The notes under the pieces are model-generated. The model saw nothing but the letters and a program-made list of their open reading frames with translations. It did not search any database and was not told where the DNA came from. Below, in pieces: positions 28,483 through 37,858 of a DNA stretch of 64,000 nt. The position numbers and the translations under genes are program-made. The DNA lies in the sequence record SRR31156797_401; one strand, written 5' to 3'. Numbering within the stretch: position 1 is the first letter of the stretch; each line of letters starts with the position of its first letter.

Positions 28483-29319
28483 ATGTGGGAATATACGGAT
28501 AAGGTTCAAGAACACTTCATTAACCCTAAAAATGTGGGAGAGGTTAAAGGTGCTGACGGCATCGGCAATGTCGGCTCTCTGGCATGTGGGGATGCGCTCA
28601 AGTTAACGATTAAAATAGATGAAAACAATATAATCACCGACGCAAAGTTCAAGACTTTTGGCTGTGCGTCTGCCATTGCCAGTTCTTCAGTATTAACCGA
28701 AATGCTGAAAGGTATGCCGCTGGAAGAAGCCAAGCATATCACCAATGACGATATTGCTCAGGCGCTTGGCGGCCTGCCAAAAGAAAAAATGCACTGTTCA
28801 GTCATGGGCCGAGAGGCACTGGAGGCAGCCATTGCAGACTACACTGGTGCTATTCTCCCCATGGCACAAGGTGAGGTAGTCTGTGATTGTTTCGGCATCA
28901 CAGACCTGGAAGTCATTCGTGCTGTTAAAGAAAACAATCTGCGCTCAGTGGAAGAAATCACCAACTTTACCAAAGCAGGGGGCGGCTGCGGTAAGTGTGA
29001 AGACACCCTCCGTTCTCTTTTAGTAAAGACAGTGGAAGACCTGCCAACCTCCAAGGAGGAACCGGCAAAACAGAAACGAATGACCACCCTCCAGAAAATT
29101 AAGAAGATTGAAGAGGTGCTGGAAAGGGAAATAAAGCCGACCCTGAAAAAGGATGGCGGCAGCATAGAACTTATAGATGTTGATGGTGATTTTGTCACAG
29201 TTTCTCTACGCGGAGCGTGTTCAGGTTGTCATTCATCTCAGACGACGCTCAAGGAATATGTTGAGAAAAAACTGCGTGAGCAGGTTCTCGACACGCTTAT
29301 AGTAGAGGAGGAAAAATAA
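28483..29319 (+). CDS. nifU: Fe-S cluster scaffold NifU (IscU + BFD-like + Nfu domains)
   Basis: ACGD, FGCASA, PKEKMHCS; VCDCFG...GGGCGKC; DGGSIEL...GACSGC. Confidence 0.95.
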   Translation: MWEYTDKVQEHFINPKNVGEVKGADGIGNVGSLACGDALKLTIKIDENNIITDAKFKTFGCASAIASSSVLTEMLKGMPLEEAKHITNDDIAQALGGLPKEKMHCSVMGREALEAAIADYTGAILPMAQGEVVCDCFGITDLEVIRAVKENNLRSVEEITNFTKAGGGCGKCEDTLRSLLVKTVEDLPTSKEEPAKQKRMTTLQKIKKIEEVLEREIKPTLKKDGGSIELIDVDGDFVTVSLRGACSGCHSSQTTLKEYVEKKLREQVLDTLIVEEEK

Positions 29320-30500
29320 TGCAGTGCAATACCGACAACGTTGTTTACATGGATAACAATGCAACCACTCGAATTGCACCGGAAGTGGTCGATGCCATGA
29401 TGCCGTTTCTTACCGACTTCTATGGCAACCCCTCTTCCATGCATACTTTTGGTGGGCAGGTAGGCCAAGCAGTCGAGCAGGCACGCAGTTCTGTCGCTAA
29501 CCTCATTGGTGCCGATGCAAGTGAAATTGTATTTACCAGCTGTGGTACAGAAAGCGACTCAACGGCAATCCTCTCTGCTCTGCAAACCTACCCTGAAAAA
29601 CGCCACATAGTGACCACCCGAGTCGAACACCCAGCAGTCAAGAGCCTATGTGAAAACCTGGACAACCTCACCGGCCACAAACACAGGGTAACATGGCTCA
29701 AAGTTGAGGCTGACGGCACGCTCGACATGGAGGAGTATAAAGCTAGCCTTTCAGACGACACTGCCATTGTCAGCGTCATGTGGGCCAACAATGAAACCGG
29801 TGTTATTTTTCCGGTGGAAGAAATGGCCAAGATAGCCAAAGAGCGTGGCATCCTTTTTCACACGGATGGTGTTCAGGCGGTTGGTAAAATCCCAATGAAC
29901 CTACGCGATACCGACATTGATTTCCTTTCCATGTCTGGACATAAACTGCATGCCCCAAAAGGGGTTGGAGTTCTTTATGTTGCTAAAGGGACACCGTTTA
30001 TTCCGTTTATGAATGGCGGCCATCAGGAACATGGTCGACGAGGGGGGACTGAAAATGTTGCATCCATCGTCGGCCTTGGTGCTGCCTGCGACTTAGCGGC
30101 AGCAAATATGGAAGAGGAAAACACAAGAGTACGCGCTTTGCGTGACAAACTTGAGCAGAGACTGCTCTCAGCTGTGCCTAAGTCTCTTTTAAACGGCAAC
30201 AAAGAAAACCGGCTGCCCAACACCTCAAACATCAGTTTCGAGTATGTGGAGGGTGAGGCAATCCTGCTCCACATGAATCAGTACAACATTTGCGCATCCT
30301 CTGGATCTGCCTGTACATCAGGATCACTTGAGCCTTCCCACGTACTGCGCGCCATGGGCGTACCCTTTACTGCGGCGCATGGGTCAATCCGTTTTAGCCT
30401 CTCCACCTATAATACCGAGGAAGATGTCGATTTTGTGGTAGAAAAGATGCCTGCTATCATCGAAAACCTGCGAGAGATGTCCCCTTTCTGGGAAGAATAA
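29319..30500 (+). CDS. nifS: Cysteine desulfurase NifS
   Basis: YMDNNATT, FTSCGTES, HTDGVQ, SGHKLH, SSGSACTS; TAATG overlap with nifU. Confidence 0.95.
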   Translation: MQCNTDNVVYMDNNATTRIAPEVVDAMMPFLTDFYGNPSSMHTFGGQVGQAVEQARSSVANLIGADASEIVFTSCGTESDSTAILSALQTYPEKRHIVTTRVEHPAVKSLCENLDNLTGHKHRVTWLKVEADGTLDMEEYKASLSDDTAIVSVMWANNETGVIFPVEEMAKIAKERGILFHTDGVQAVGKIPMNLRDTDIDFLSMSGHKLHAPKGVGVLYVAKGTPFIPFMNGGHQEHGRRGGTENVASIVGLGAACDLAAANMEEENTRVRALRDKLEQRLLSAVPKSLLNGNKENRLPNTSNISFEYVEGEAILLHMNQYNICASSGSACTSGSLEPSHVLRAMGVPFTAAHGSIRFSLSTYNTEEDVDFVVEKMPAIIENLREMSPFWEE

Positions 30501-30524
30501 CCTTTTATAATACAACAATTTTTT

Positions 30525-31457
30525 ATGTTCATTACCAAGCCTTCATACACGATCCTTCATGAACTTGATAGGCAGAGTCTCCCGGTTCGCATCGAGTACA
30601 GTGGCAGAATATGCTACAAAAGTGAAGACAGAATAGATGAGACCTCCGCCATTCCTTTTGTGCGCAAAATGGCGGAGTACGGACACAATTCTGTTTTAGA
30701 AATGGGTGTCGTCACCTTCAGGTTATCAGGACTGAGCAGAGAGCAGGTTACAGCCTTTTTCCACAGCCAGCCAAAATACCTGAACATTGAAATCGAACCA
30801 AACAATGCGATCCTTGTTACCGGTTCGATTCGTGGGTACCGGGAAATGTTTGTCAACCATAAGCAAAATGCTGTGACTCTGGCACTGACGAAGTTCCTTG
30901 CTGCCAGGCACCCCTATTTTTTCGAGACCGTTTGCCAACCAGAAAAAATTGAGGCACCGGAAAATATCTCAGTTGAAAAAATTGAACTGGAACAAGTGGA
31001 TAAATTTGAAAAAGATCAACTTGCCTTGCACCGCTATCTAGGGGTTCGTTTTATTGTTAACCGGGCAGTCACCCATGAACTTGTCCGCCATCGCCCATGT
31101 GCTTTTCTCCAGGAAAGTCAGCGATACTGCAGGTACTCGGCTGACAAATTCGGCAATGAAGTGACCTTCATCCAGCCCCTTTTCTACCAGGAAGACAGCG
31201 CTGAATTCAAGCAATGGAAGCAAGCCATGGAGGCCACAGAAAAGATTTATCTGGAACTCCTGGAAACCTCTAGCCCGCAGGCTGCTCGGACAGTTTTGCC
31301 CAATGCCTGCAAAACAGAAATCATTGTCTATACCAATCTTGCCGAGTGGCGTCATATCCTTGCCCTGCGAACACCAAAAAATGCAGACCCGTCCATGCGG
31401 GAAGTAATGATACCACTGCAACAGGAATTACAGGGGCTTTACCCTGCTATTTTCTAG
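30525..31457 (+). CDS. thyX: FAD-dependent thymidylate synthase with a partial internal duplication
   Basis: GRICY, GHNSVLE, RHRPCAFLQESQRY (RHRx7S), ARTVLPNA, EWRHILALR. Confidence 0.92.
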   Translation: MFITKPSYTILHELDRQSLPVRIEYSGRICYKSEDRIDETSAIPFVRKMAEYGHNSVLEMGVVTFRLSGLSREQVTAFFHSQPKYLNIEIEPNNAILVTGSIRGYREMFVNHKQNAVTLALTKFLAARHPYFFETVCQPEKIEAPENISVEKIELEQVDKFEKDQLALHRYLGVRFIVNRAVTHELVRHRPCAFLQESQRYCRYSADKFGNEVTFIQPLFYQEDSAEFKQWKQAMEATEKIYLELLETSSPQAARTVLPNACKTEIIVYTNLAEWRHILALRTPKNADPSMREVMIPLQQELQGLYPAIF

Positions 31458-31471
31458 ATCTATCTTTAATG

Positions 31472-31517
31472 GAGCCCATTGCCCCCTAGGAGTACATTTT
31501 CGGTTATGGGCTCTTTT
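31472..31517 (+). terminator. Possible terminator after thyX
   Basis: GAGCCCAT...ATGGGCTC inverted repeat followed by TTTT; the 26-nt loop is unusually large. Confidence 0.4.
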
Positions 31518-31589
31518 GCTTTGCTTACCGCCCTTAGGTTCAACTTCGTCCCCTCACAGACAGGCAACGCCGAAGAATGATTCCTTTTT

Positions 31590-31618
31590 TTGACCATATT
31601 GTTCTTTTATAGTAAGAT
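31590..31618 (+). promoter_or_regulatory. Sigma70-type promoter candidate for pilB
   Basis: TTGACC-17 nt-TAAGAT. Confidence 0.5.
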
Positions 31619-31695
31619 ACCAATAAAGTGTTCAACTTCTGTATGGAGTACACAATGTGCTGTCTTCAAATTACTAGTTTTTACGCGATGTAAGA

Positions 31696-33939
31696 ATGGC
31701 TACCAAACCTGCGAAAAATCAAAACTCACAACAGCGTTCTCACATGAAACGGACAGTCAAGGACCAGTCTGGTGCGGGAAAGCTGAAGATTGGAGAGCTG
31801 CTCAGTAAAGCAGGCTACATAACTTCAGGACAATTTGAAGACGCTAAAGTTACACAAAAGAAGACAGGTGAGCGACTCGGACGAATTCTGCTTGAAAGCG
31901 GGGTCATTGAACGTGACACCATCGCTAACTTTCTTAGCAGAAATTACAATTACACGATGGTTAACATCGAGGATGAGCCTCCGAGTCAAGAAGCCCTCGC
32001 CCTTGTTCCCTATGAAGTGGCAAAAGAATATCTTGCTTTTCCCCTAAGGGTCGCCGGCAATACCCTGCAGGTCACAATGACCGAGCCCACCGATACGGTG
32101 GAAGTGGAAGAGCTGCAGGATAGAGTCAACCGGGGACTGAATGTCTGCGTCTCTACCGCCAAAGACATCATCGATGCCTATAAAAAATATTACAAAATCG
32201 ATGACGAGGAATACAATTCCTTTTTCAAATTCGACCAGGAAGAAGAGCAAGAGGAAGTAACCCAGGTTGATGACTTTGGGGCTCTTGTCTCTGACGCTGC
32301 TGAAGACTTTGAAATTGAAAGCAGTGTTGATACTGAGGATGGGTTTGATCAATTTTCAGCCTCAGATGCTCCTATCATCAAGCTTGTTAACGGAATACTT
32401 GTCAAAGCCGTTCAGGAAGGGGTCAGTGATATTCACATAGAGCCTTTCGAAAAGACCATGCAGGTCCGTTACCGCAAAGACGGCTCCCTGTTCAAATCCA
32501 TGAACCTGCCACTAACCATCAAAAATGCGATGGTGGCAAGGATCAAGATCCTATCAGATTTAAATATTACAGAAAGACGCGTTCCCCAGGATGGCCGTAT
32601 CAAAATGCGACTGGGCCGTAATAGAGCGGTTGATTTTCGTGTTTCCACCCTGCCACTGCTCCACGGAGAGGGTATTGTTCTTCGTATCCTCGACAAGAGT
32701 TCACTTAATGTTGACCTTACAAAGCTGGGTTTCACTCATGATACCTTTGCCACCCTGCGGCGTTGTCTCAAAAGGCCGCAGGGGCTGCTGCTTGTAACCG
32801 GTCCAACAGGCTCCGGTAAAACCGTAACACTTTATTCGGCTCTCAACTCTCTCAACACAGAGGATATCAAAATCCTTACGGCTGAAGATCCGGTTGAGTT
32901 TAACTTTAAAGGAATCAATCAGGTAAATGTCAACACCGAAGTTGGCATGACCTTTGCCGCAGCCTTGAAAGCCTTCCTTCGCCAGGATCCTGACATCATT
33001 ATGGTAGGTGAAATTCGAGACTATGACACCGCTGAAATAGCCATGAAGGCCGCCATGACCGGTCACCTTGTTTTCTCTACTTTGCATACCAATGACTCAC
33101 CATCAACTGTCAGCCGTATGGTTGATATTGGCGTCCCCGCATACATCTTAGCCTCCTCGCTGACAATGGTTCTCTCCCAACGACTGGGACGGAGACTTTG
33201 CGTTCAATGCAGAGAACCAGCAGAATACCCCAAACAGGAGCTACTCAGCGTCGGCTTTCGTGAAAATGAACTCGATGAGCTTAAACTCTTCAAAGCTAAA
33301 GGGTGTGCAGAATGTAACGGTCTCGGCTATAAGGGCAGGGTCGGCTTCTTTGAACTCATGGAAATTACCGATGATGTTGCCCAGGCTATTCAGGCTGAGG
33401 TTGCAGAAGAGCAGTTAAGAAAAATTGCCATGCAAGAAGGAATGTACACCCTGCGTGAGGCGGCTCTACAAAAAGCACGAGAAGGGGTCACCAGCCTGGA
33501 AGAAGTGCTCCGTCGTACGGTTGCCCATGAAGACAGTCTCCCTGCCTACCTCGTCAATCCAGATGTGGAAGAATATGAAGATGGTGATGTAATCATCCAG
33601 GAATCGAACAAGGATAAGGATTTTTTCAAACTTGTTCGCGGCAAAGTCGCTGTGTTACGGGGAGGCAAAAAAATTGCAGAGATCACTGAACCAGGAGAAT
33701 ACTTTGGCGAGATGGCATCTATACTCGAAGAAACCCGTTCAGCATCCATTATTTCAGCAGGACGCTGCACCATCAAGAGATATCCTGGTGACAAGCTGAA
33801 CGAACTCATAGAAAAATATCCTGAAGTTTCCAAACACCTCTTTAAAACTCTCGTTGAACGTTTACAAAAAACCGATCGAATAGTGGTTCAACTGGCCGGT
33901 GGCAGTAAAAAACGTCCTCAAGTAGTCCGTCGCGCATGA
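31696..33939 (+). CDS. pilB: Type IV pilus assembly ATPase PilB with N-terminal MshEN and C-terminal cyclic-nucleotide-binding domains
   Basis: SDIHIEP, ERRVPQDGRI, GPTGSGKT, AEDPVE, LRQDPDIIMVGEIRD, TGHLVFSTLHTN, tetra-Cys zinc site; C-terminal GEYFGEMA...RSA. Confidence 0.93.
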   Translation: MATKPAKNQNSQQRSHMKRTVKDQSGAGKLKIGELLSKAGYITSGQFEDAKVTQKKTGERLGRILLESGVIERDTIANFLSRNYNYTMVNIEDEPPSQEALALVPYEVAKEYLAFPLRVAGNTLQVTMTEPTDTVEVEELQDRVNRGLNVCVSTAKDIIDAYKKYYKIDDEEYNSFFKFDQEEEQEEVTQVDDFGALVSDAAEDFEIESSVDTEDGFDQFSASDAPIIKLVNGILVKAVQEGVSDIHIEPFEKTMQVRYRKDGSLFKSMNLPLTIKNAMVARIKILSDLNITERRVPQDGRIKMRLGRNRAVDFRVSTLPLLHGEGIVLRILDKSSLNVDLTKLGFTHDTFATLRRCLKRPQGLLLVTGPTGSGKTVTLYSALNSLNTEDIKILTAEDPVEFNFKGINQVNVNTEVGMTFAAALKAFLRQDPDIIMVGEIRDYDTAEIAMKAAMTGHLVFSTLHTNDSPSTVSRMVDIGVPAYILASSLTMVLSQRLGRRLCVQCREPAEYPKQELLSVGFRENELDELKLFKAKGCAECNGLGYKGRVGFFELMEITDDVAQAIQAEVAEEQLRKIAMQEGMYTLREAALQKAREGVTSLEEVLRRTVAHEDSLPAYLVNPDVEEYEDGDVIIQESNKDKDFFKLVRGKVAVLRGGKKIAEITEPGEYFGEMASILEETRSASIISAGRCTIKRYPGDKLNELIEKYPEVSKHLFKTLVERLQKTDRIVVQLAGGSKKRPQVVRRA

Positions 33940-34721
33940 AAAAAATATCAGTATATATTATTGCCTATAATGAAGCCGAGAAAATTGAGGCTGCTATCAA
34001 TTCTGTTCTCTGGGCAGACGAGATCATCCTTGCTGATTCCTACAGCCAGGATGATACAGCCGCAATCGCAGAAAGGCTAGGAGCTCGAGTTATCCAAATC
34101 CCCTTTCAGGGTTTTGGTGATTTACGCAACAAAGGCATGGCGGCTTGTTCGTACGACTGGATTTTTTCCCTTGATTCCGATGAACGCTGCACTCCGGAAG
34201 CCCGGGATGAGATCCTCAAAGCCGTGGAAAACCCCACAGCAGAAGCATATTATATTCCAAGGCGCAATTTTTTTATGGGCCGCTGGATAAAATATTCCGG
34301 TTTTTATCCTGACTATCGACAGCCGCAGCTCTTCAAAAAAGGGACATTAGAGTTTAAAAATGATCCTGTCCATGAAGAATATACCATTTTATCAAAAATG
34401 CCGGTTGGCTACCTCACCCACCCAATATGGCAATTTCCATATAAAAACTTGGAAGAAGTAGCCCATAAAGCCAACAAATATTCAACCTTGGGTGCAGAAA
34501 AACTGCAAAATAAATCCCGAAAAGCAACTATGTTCAAAGCTGTGGCACGGGGACTGTGGTCATTTTTCCACATGTATTTTCTCAAGCGAGGTATTCTCGA
34601 CGGGTGGCCGGGATTTATCATTGCCTTTGGCAATTTTGAAGGGACTTTTTACAAATACGCCAAGCTTTATGAACTACAGAGCGACTGGCACTCTCCTCCT
34701 TCCCCACCCTTAACAAAATAA
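33936..34721 (+). CDS. GT2 glycosyltransferase (WaaE/KdtX-like)
   Basis: IIAYNEA, DSYSQD, FSLDSDE, YPDY...LF, VHE, GILDGWPGF; ATGA overlap with pilB. Confidence 0.88.
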   Translation: MKKISVYIIAYNEAEKIEAAINSVLWADEIILADSYSQDDTAAIAERLGARVIQIPFQGFGDLRNKGMAACSYDWIFSLDSDERCTPEARDEILKAVENPTAEAYYIPRRNFFMGRWIKYSGFYPDYRQPQLFKKGTLEFKNDPVHEEYTILSKMPVGYLTHPIWQFPYKNLEEVAHKANKYSTLGAEKLQNKSRKATMFKAVARGLWSFFHMYFLKRGILDGWPGFIIAFGNFEGTFYKYAKLYELQSDWHSPPSPPLTK

Positions 34722-34906
34722 AGTAACTGTTCGGCAGTACCTTAGGAAATCTGCGCTTACCTTTTGCGCACGATCAGGCAGAAAAACATAGCATAACTTT
34801 GCTTATCCACCCTGCTTGTACACATCTCGGGCACAGCACTGCTAACCAATTACCGATCAAGGGTAAGGTCAGGTTATTTGCTATTCGAAGTTACAAAAAA
34901 ATCTCG

Positions 34907-35704
34907 TTAACGGAGATGATGGCTCATGCCTTTATCGCACCACACACTTTTATCTATAATTGTCCGGTGCAGAATGGAGTCATTAATTGCCAGTCTATCT
35001 CTTGTATTCATCGGGTGAAAGAGATGATATCCCAAAGCGTAAAATTTGACATTCTGCCGAACAACTCCTGAATTAAGCAGCCTTGCAGTGAATTCTGAAT
35101 CCTCACGCCCCCAGCCTACAAATTCTTCATTAAAACCATTTATTTTTATCGCATTATCTCGCCAAAATGCGAAGTTACAAGTTTTAACTCCTTTCAATCG
35201 CGTACACTGAAACGAAAATATTTTTGCAAGCATACTGGAACGGATACCATTTTTTCGATTTTCAACCCCTTTGCTGAAGAGGTGCAAAGACTCCATTCCT
35301 TTACTAAAAATATCCGCCGAAACCTGCTTGTTAAGCAACACCCTTGTTCCCTGGACAAAACAGTTCCTTCTCGCAAAGCTGCAGTGATCACTTATAAAAT
35401 GCTTTTCAAGGATTATATCCCCGTCAATCAGGATCACATAATTACCGCGCGCTTTGGCTATGGCCTTATTACGACTTTTCGCCAGACGAAACCCTTTATC
35501 TTCATGCCAGGAGTGAATCACGTCAAAAGGTGCTGACTGCTGAATTTTCTTCACAACTTGAGCGGTTGTTTCCCCTGAGCCATCATCGGCTACAATAATC
35601 TCAAAGGGATGGCTCGTTTGCGCAAGAGCGCTTTTCAGAGACACCTCCAGTGCCTGCGGCCAATTATACGTGGTAACAATCAGACTTACCTGCAACTCAT
35701 CCAT
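34907..35704 (-). CDS. GT2 glycosyltransferase
   Basis: IVTTYNWP, VADDGS, SRNKAI, IDGD, NGFNEEFVGWGREDSE. Confidence 0.9.
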   Translation of the reverse strand: MDELQVSLIVTTYNWPQALEVSLKSALAQTSHPFEIIVADDGSGETTAQVVKKIQQSAPFDVIHSWHEDKGFRLAKSRNKAIAKARGNYVILIDGDIILEKHFISDHCSFARRNCFVQGTRVLLNKQVSADIFSKGMESLHLFSKGVENRKNGIRSSMLAKIFSFQCTRLKGVKTCNFAFWRDNAIKINGFNEEFVGWGREDSEFTARLLNSGVVRQNVKFYALGYHLFHPMNTRDRLAINDSILHRTIIDKSVWCDKGMSHHLR

Positions 35705-35713
35705 TATATTCCC

Positions 35714-36793
35714 TTACATACCAATAAGTTTAACAACAGCCCCATAAACCTGCTCCACAGATATCCCTTTCATGCAAGACATATGGGAACATGTTCTTTG
35801 TCGACAACAAAGACACTCGACCCCTGGAGCCTGTAGTACATGATGCGCAACGTTGTATGGCCCAACCCTTTCCGGATGAGTTGGCCCAAAAAGTGCTGCT
35901 ACCGGAGTTTTTACCATAGCAGCTATATGCATAGGTCCGGAATCCAGCCCAACATACACAGCTGCCTCCTCGATCAACGCCACAGAGTCTTCTAGACTCA
36001 GCGCCCCTGCAGCTACAATTGTTTTATTTGCCATGATCGAGGTGATAGAGGCAATATAGCTCTGGTCATTTGCACTTCCCCCAAAAACAACCGCAACTCC
36101 AGAATCAATGAGCTGGTCAGCCAGCAGCGCCCATTTTTTTACCGGCCAAAATTTAGTTTCCCACCGGGCTGCAGGGTTTGCATAAGCAAACCGCTGACCA
36201 CTCATAACGCCGTGTGTCTCAAGAAAGCTGCCTGCCCTTACTCGGTCTTCGGGGCTAGTACACATATAGAAATCTTTTTCCGACACAGGGCATTGCAAAT
36301 GCTCGCAAAAAAGAAGATTTTTGTCCAAGGCATGCTCTATCATATCTGGTACAAGAACATGTTCATGCTGAAACAGGGTGTTCAACTCCCTGGCATCTGC
36401 AAAACCCAGTCGGATACCTTTGGGGTTTGTTAACGCTAACACACCGCTGCGAAAGGAGGCGTGCAAATCAAGTGTAATATCAAACGGAAAGGCCCTGAAT
36501 ACTTTTTTTAATAAAGCCAGGGTACGTATCGTTGCAATAAAAGCCTTGCCATAAACACCGCGTTGCGCCTGAGGATCACTGGTGGCAGGAATATGAATTG
36601 GGTACACACGATCCACAGCATCGTCTCTTTCCAGGATGCCTGCAAATCCCTGTTCAACGATCCAGCCGACACAACAGTTCGGATAATGTCGTTTTATGGC
36701 ATGTGCTACAGGCAATGTGTGTACAATATCCCCCAAAGAGCTCTGCTTAATAAACAAAATACGTTTGTTATTCAAATCCATCCCTGCTCTCAT
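35714..36793 (-). CDS. GT9 LPS heptosyltransferase (WaaC/WaaF-like)
   Basis: IKQSSLGDIVHTLP, LDLH, TKFWP, GLDSGPMHIAA, LFGPT. Confidence 0.92.
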   Translation of the reverse strand: MRAGMDLNNKRILFIKQSSLGDIVHTLPVAHAIKRHYPNCCVGWIVEQGFAGILERDDAVDRVYPIHIPATSDPQAQRGVYGKAFIATIRTLALLKKVFRAFPFDITLDLHASFRSGVLALTNPKGIRLGFADARELNTLFQHEHVLVPDMIEHALDKNLLFCEHLQCPVSEKDFYMCTSPEDRVRAGSFLETHGVMSGQRFAYANPAARWETKFWPVKKWALLADQLIDSGVAVVFGGSANDQSYIASITSIMANKTIVAAGALSLEDSVALIEEAAVYVGLDSGPMHIAAMVKTPVAALFGPTHPERVGPYNVAHHVLQAPGVECLCCRQRTCSHMSCMKGISVEQVYGAVVKLIGM

Positions 36794-37848
36794 CCCACTG
36801 CCCCGGCAAACTGCTTCAAGGCCTCGATGTGCTGCCCAGTCTTAAGGCCATGATTTGCTGCAAAACCGGGGGCGATTGCCTTCGGCCGTAACCCCTTGAT
36901 AGTATCAATGAGGGTTTGTGGACGATTATCAGGTATTACAACCCCGTTTTCAGCCCCTAGAAGCTCTGCAGCCCCAACAGAGGCTGTTACTACAACAGGG
37001 GTGCCGCTTTCCAAGGCTTCCACAACAACCAATCCAAATGGTTCATAGTGCGAGGGAAGAACCATATAGTCTACGGCGCTATACAGGGAGGACATGTTGT
37101 CCACATATCCTATAAAACGGACATTGTCTGATGACCCACTCTTTTTCGGGCCTCGACTGCCTACAATTATTAACTCGTGTTGGGAGGGGTCAAGGGTTGC
37201 ATATGCGGCAAGCAGCTCATGCAGCCCTTTTCGTTGATGACTCATGGAAGGAAAAAGAAGGGTAAGTTTATCCGAATTGATTCCATACGCTTTCTGTACG
37301 TGTTCACGCTCTGCTGCACTTACCGTGGAAAAACGTTTTTCATTAACCGGGGGGTATACAACCCTCACTTTGTTTTGAGTGATAGGATAATGGCGTTCAA
37401 TCTCTGCCTGTATAGAATTCGAATGAGCGACTATCCGAGGTACGGTTGCAAACATGTGTGTTTCAAAACTATTTTCAATGACATCATGCCCCCTCCGATA
37501 CCAGTTCTGACTTCGCCTGGTTAACACCGACTGAGGATGCACACCACCGACAATAGCAATATCCTGGCAACCAGTACGGGTCAAACTTAAGGAAAGATCA
37601 TATTCAGAGCGCAGAAAATGACGATTATACTTATATAAAAAAGCATATTTCCGGAGACGCCGCGGCAAAAAAGACAGTGTTGTTTTATGGAAAGTACAAT
37701 CGTACCCCCTTGCAAGTTCCCTGTCTATTTCATAGGCATGGACATGTACTTCGTCACCGGCATCCAAGAATCCTTGCACAAGTGTAAGGAGGTACGACTC
37801 CATACCGCCTGATTTACTGAACTGATTATGGATAAGGGCAACTTTCAT
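36790..37848 (-). CDS. GT4 glycosyltransferase (WaaG/WabG-like)
   Basis: GGMESY, RKG, PSHYEPFGLVVVEALESGTPV; start ATG 37848 avoids overlap with the upstream gene. Confidence 0.9.
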   Translation of the reverse strand: MKVALIHNQFSKSGGMESYLLTLVQGFLDAGDEVHVHAYEIDRELARGYDCTFHKTTLSFLPRRLRKYAFLYKYNRHFLRSEYDLSLSLTRTGCQDIAIVGGVHPQSVLTRRSQNWYRRGHDVIENSFETHMFATVPRIVAHSNSIQAEIERHYPITQNKVRVVYPPVNEKRFSTVSAAEREHVQKAYGINSDKLTLLFPSMSHQRKGLHELLAAYATLDPSQHELIIVGSRGPKKSGSSDNVRFIGYVDNMSSLYSAVDYMVLPSHYEPFGLVVVEALESGTPVVVTASVGAAELLGAENGVVIPDNRPQTLIDTIKGLRPKAIAPGFAANHGLKTGQHIEALKQFAGAVG

Positions 37849-37858
37849 CGGCTGATAC

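Noticed and set aside
34803-34811. DnaA-box-like TTATCCACC
   Set aside because: A single mismatched copy, with no cluster of boxes and no origin-associated genes.
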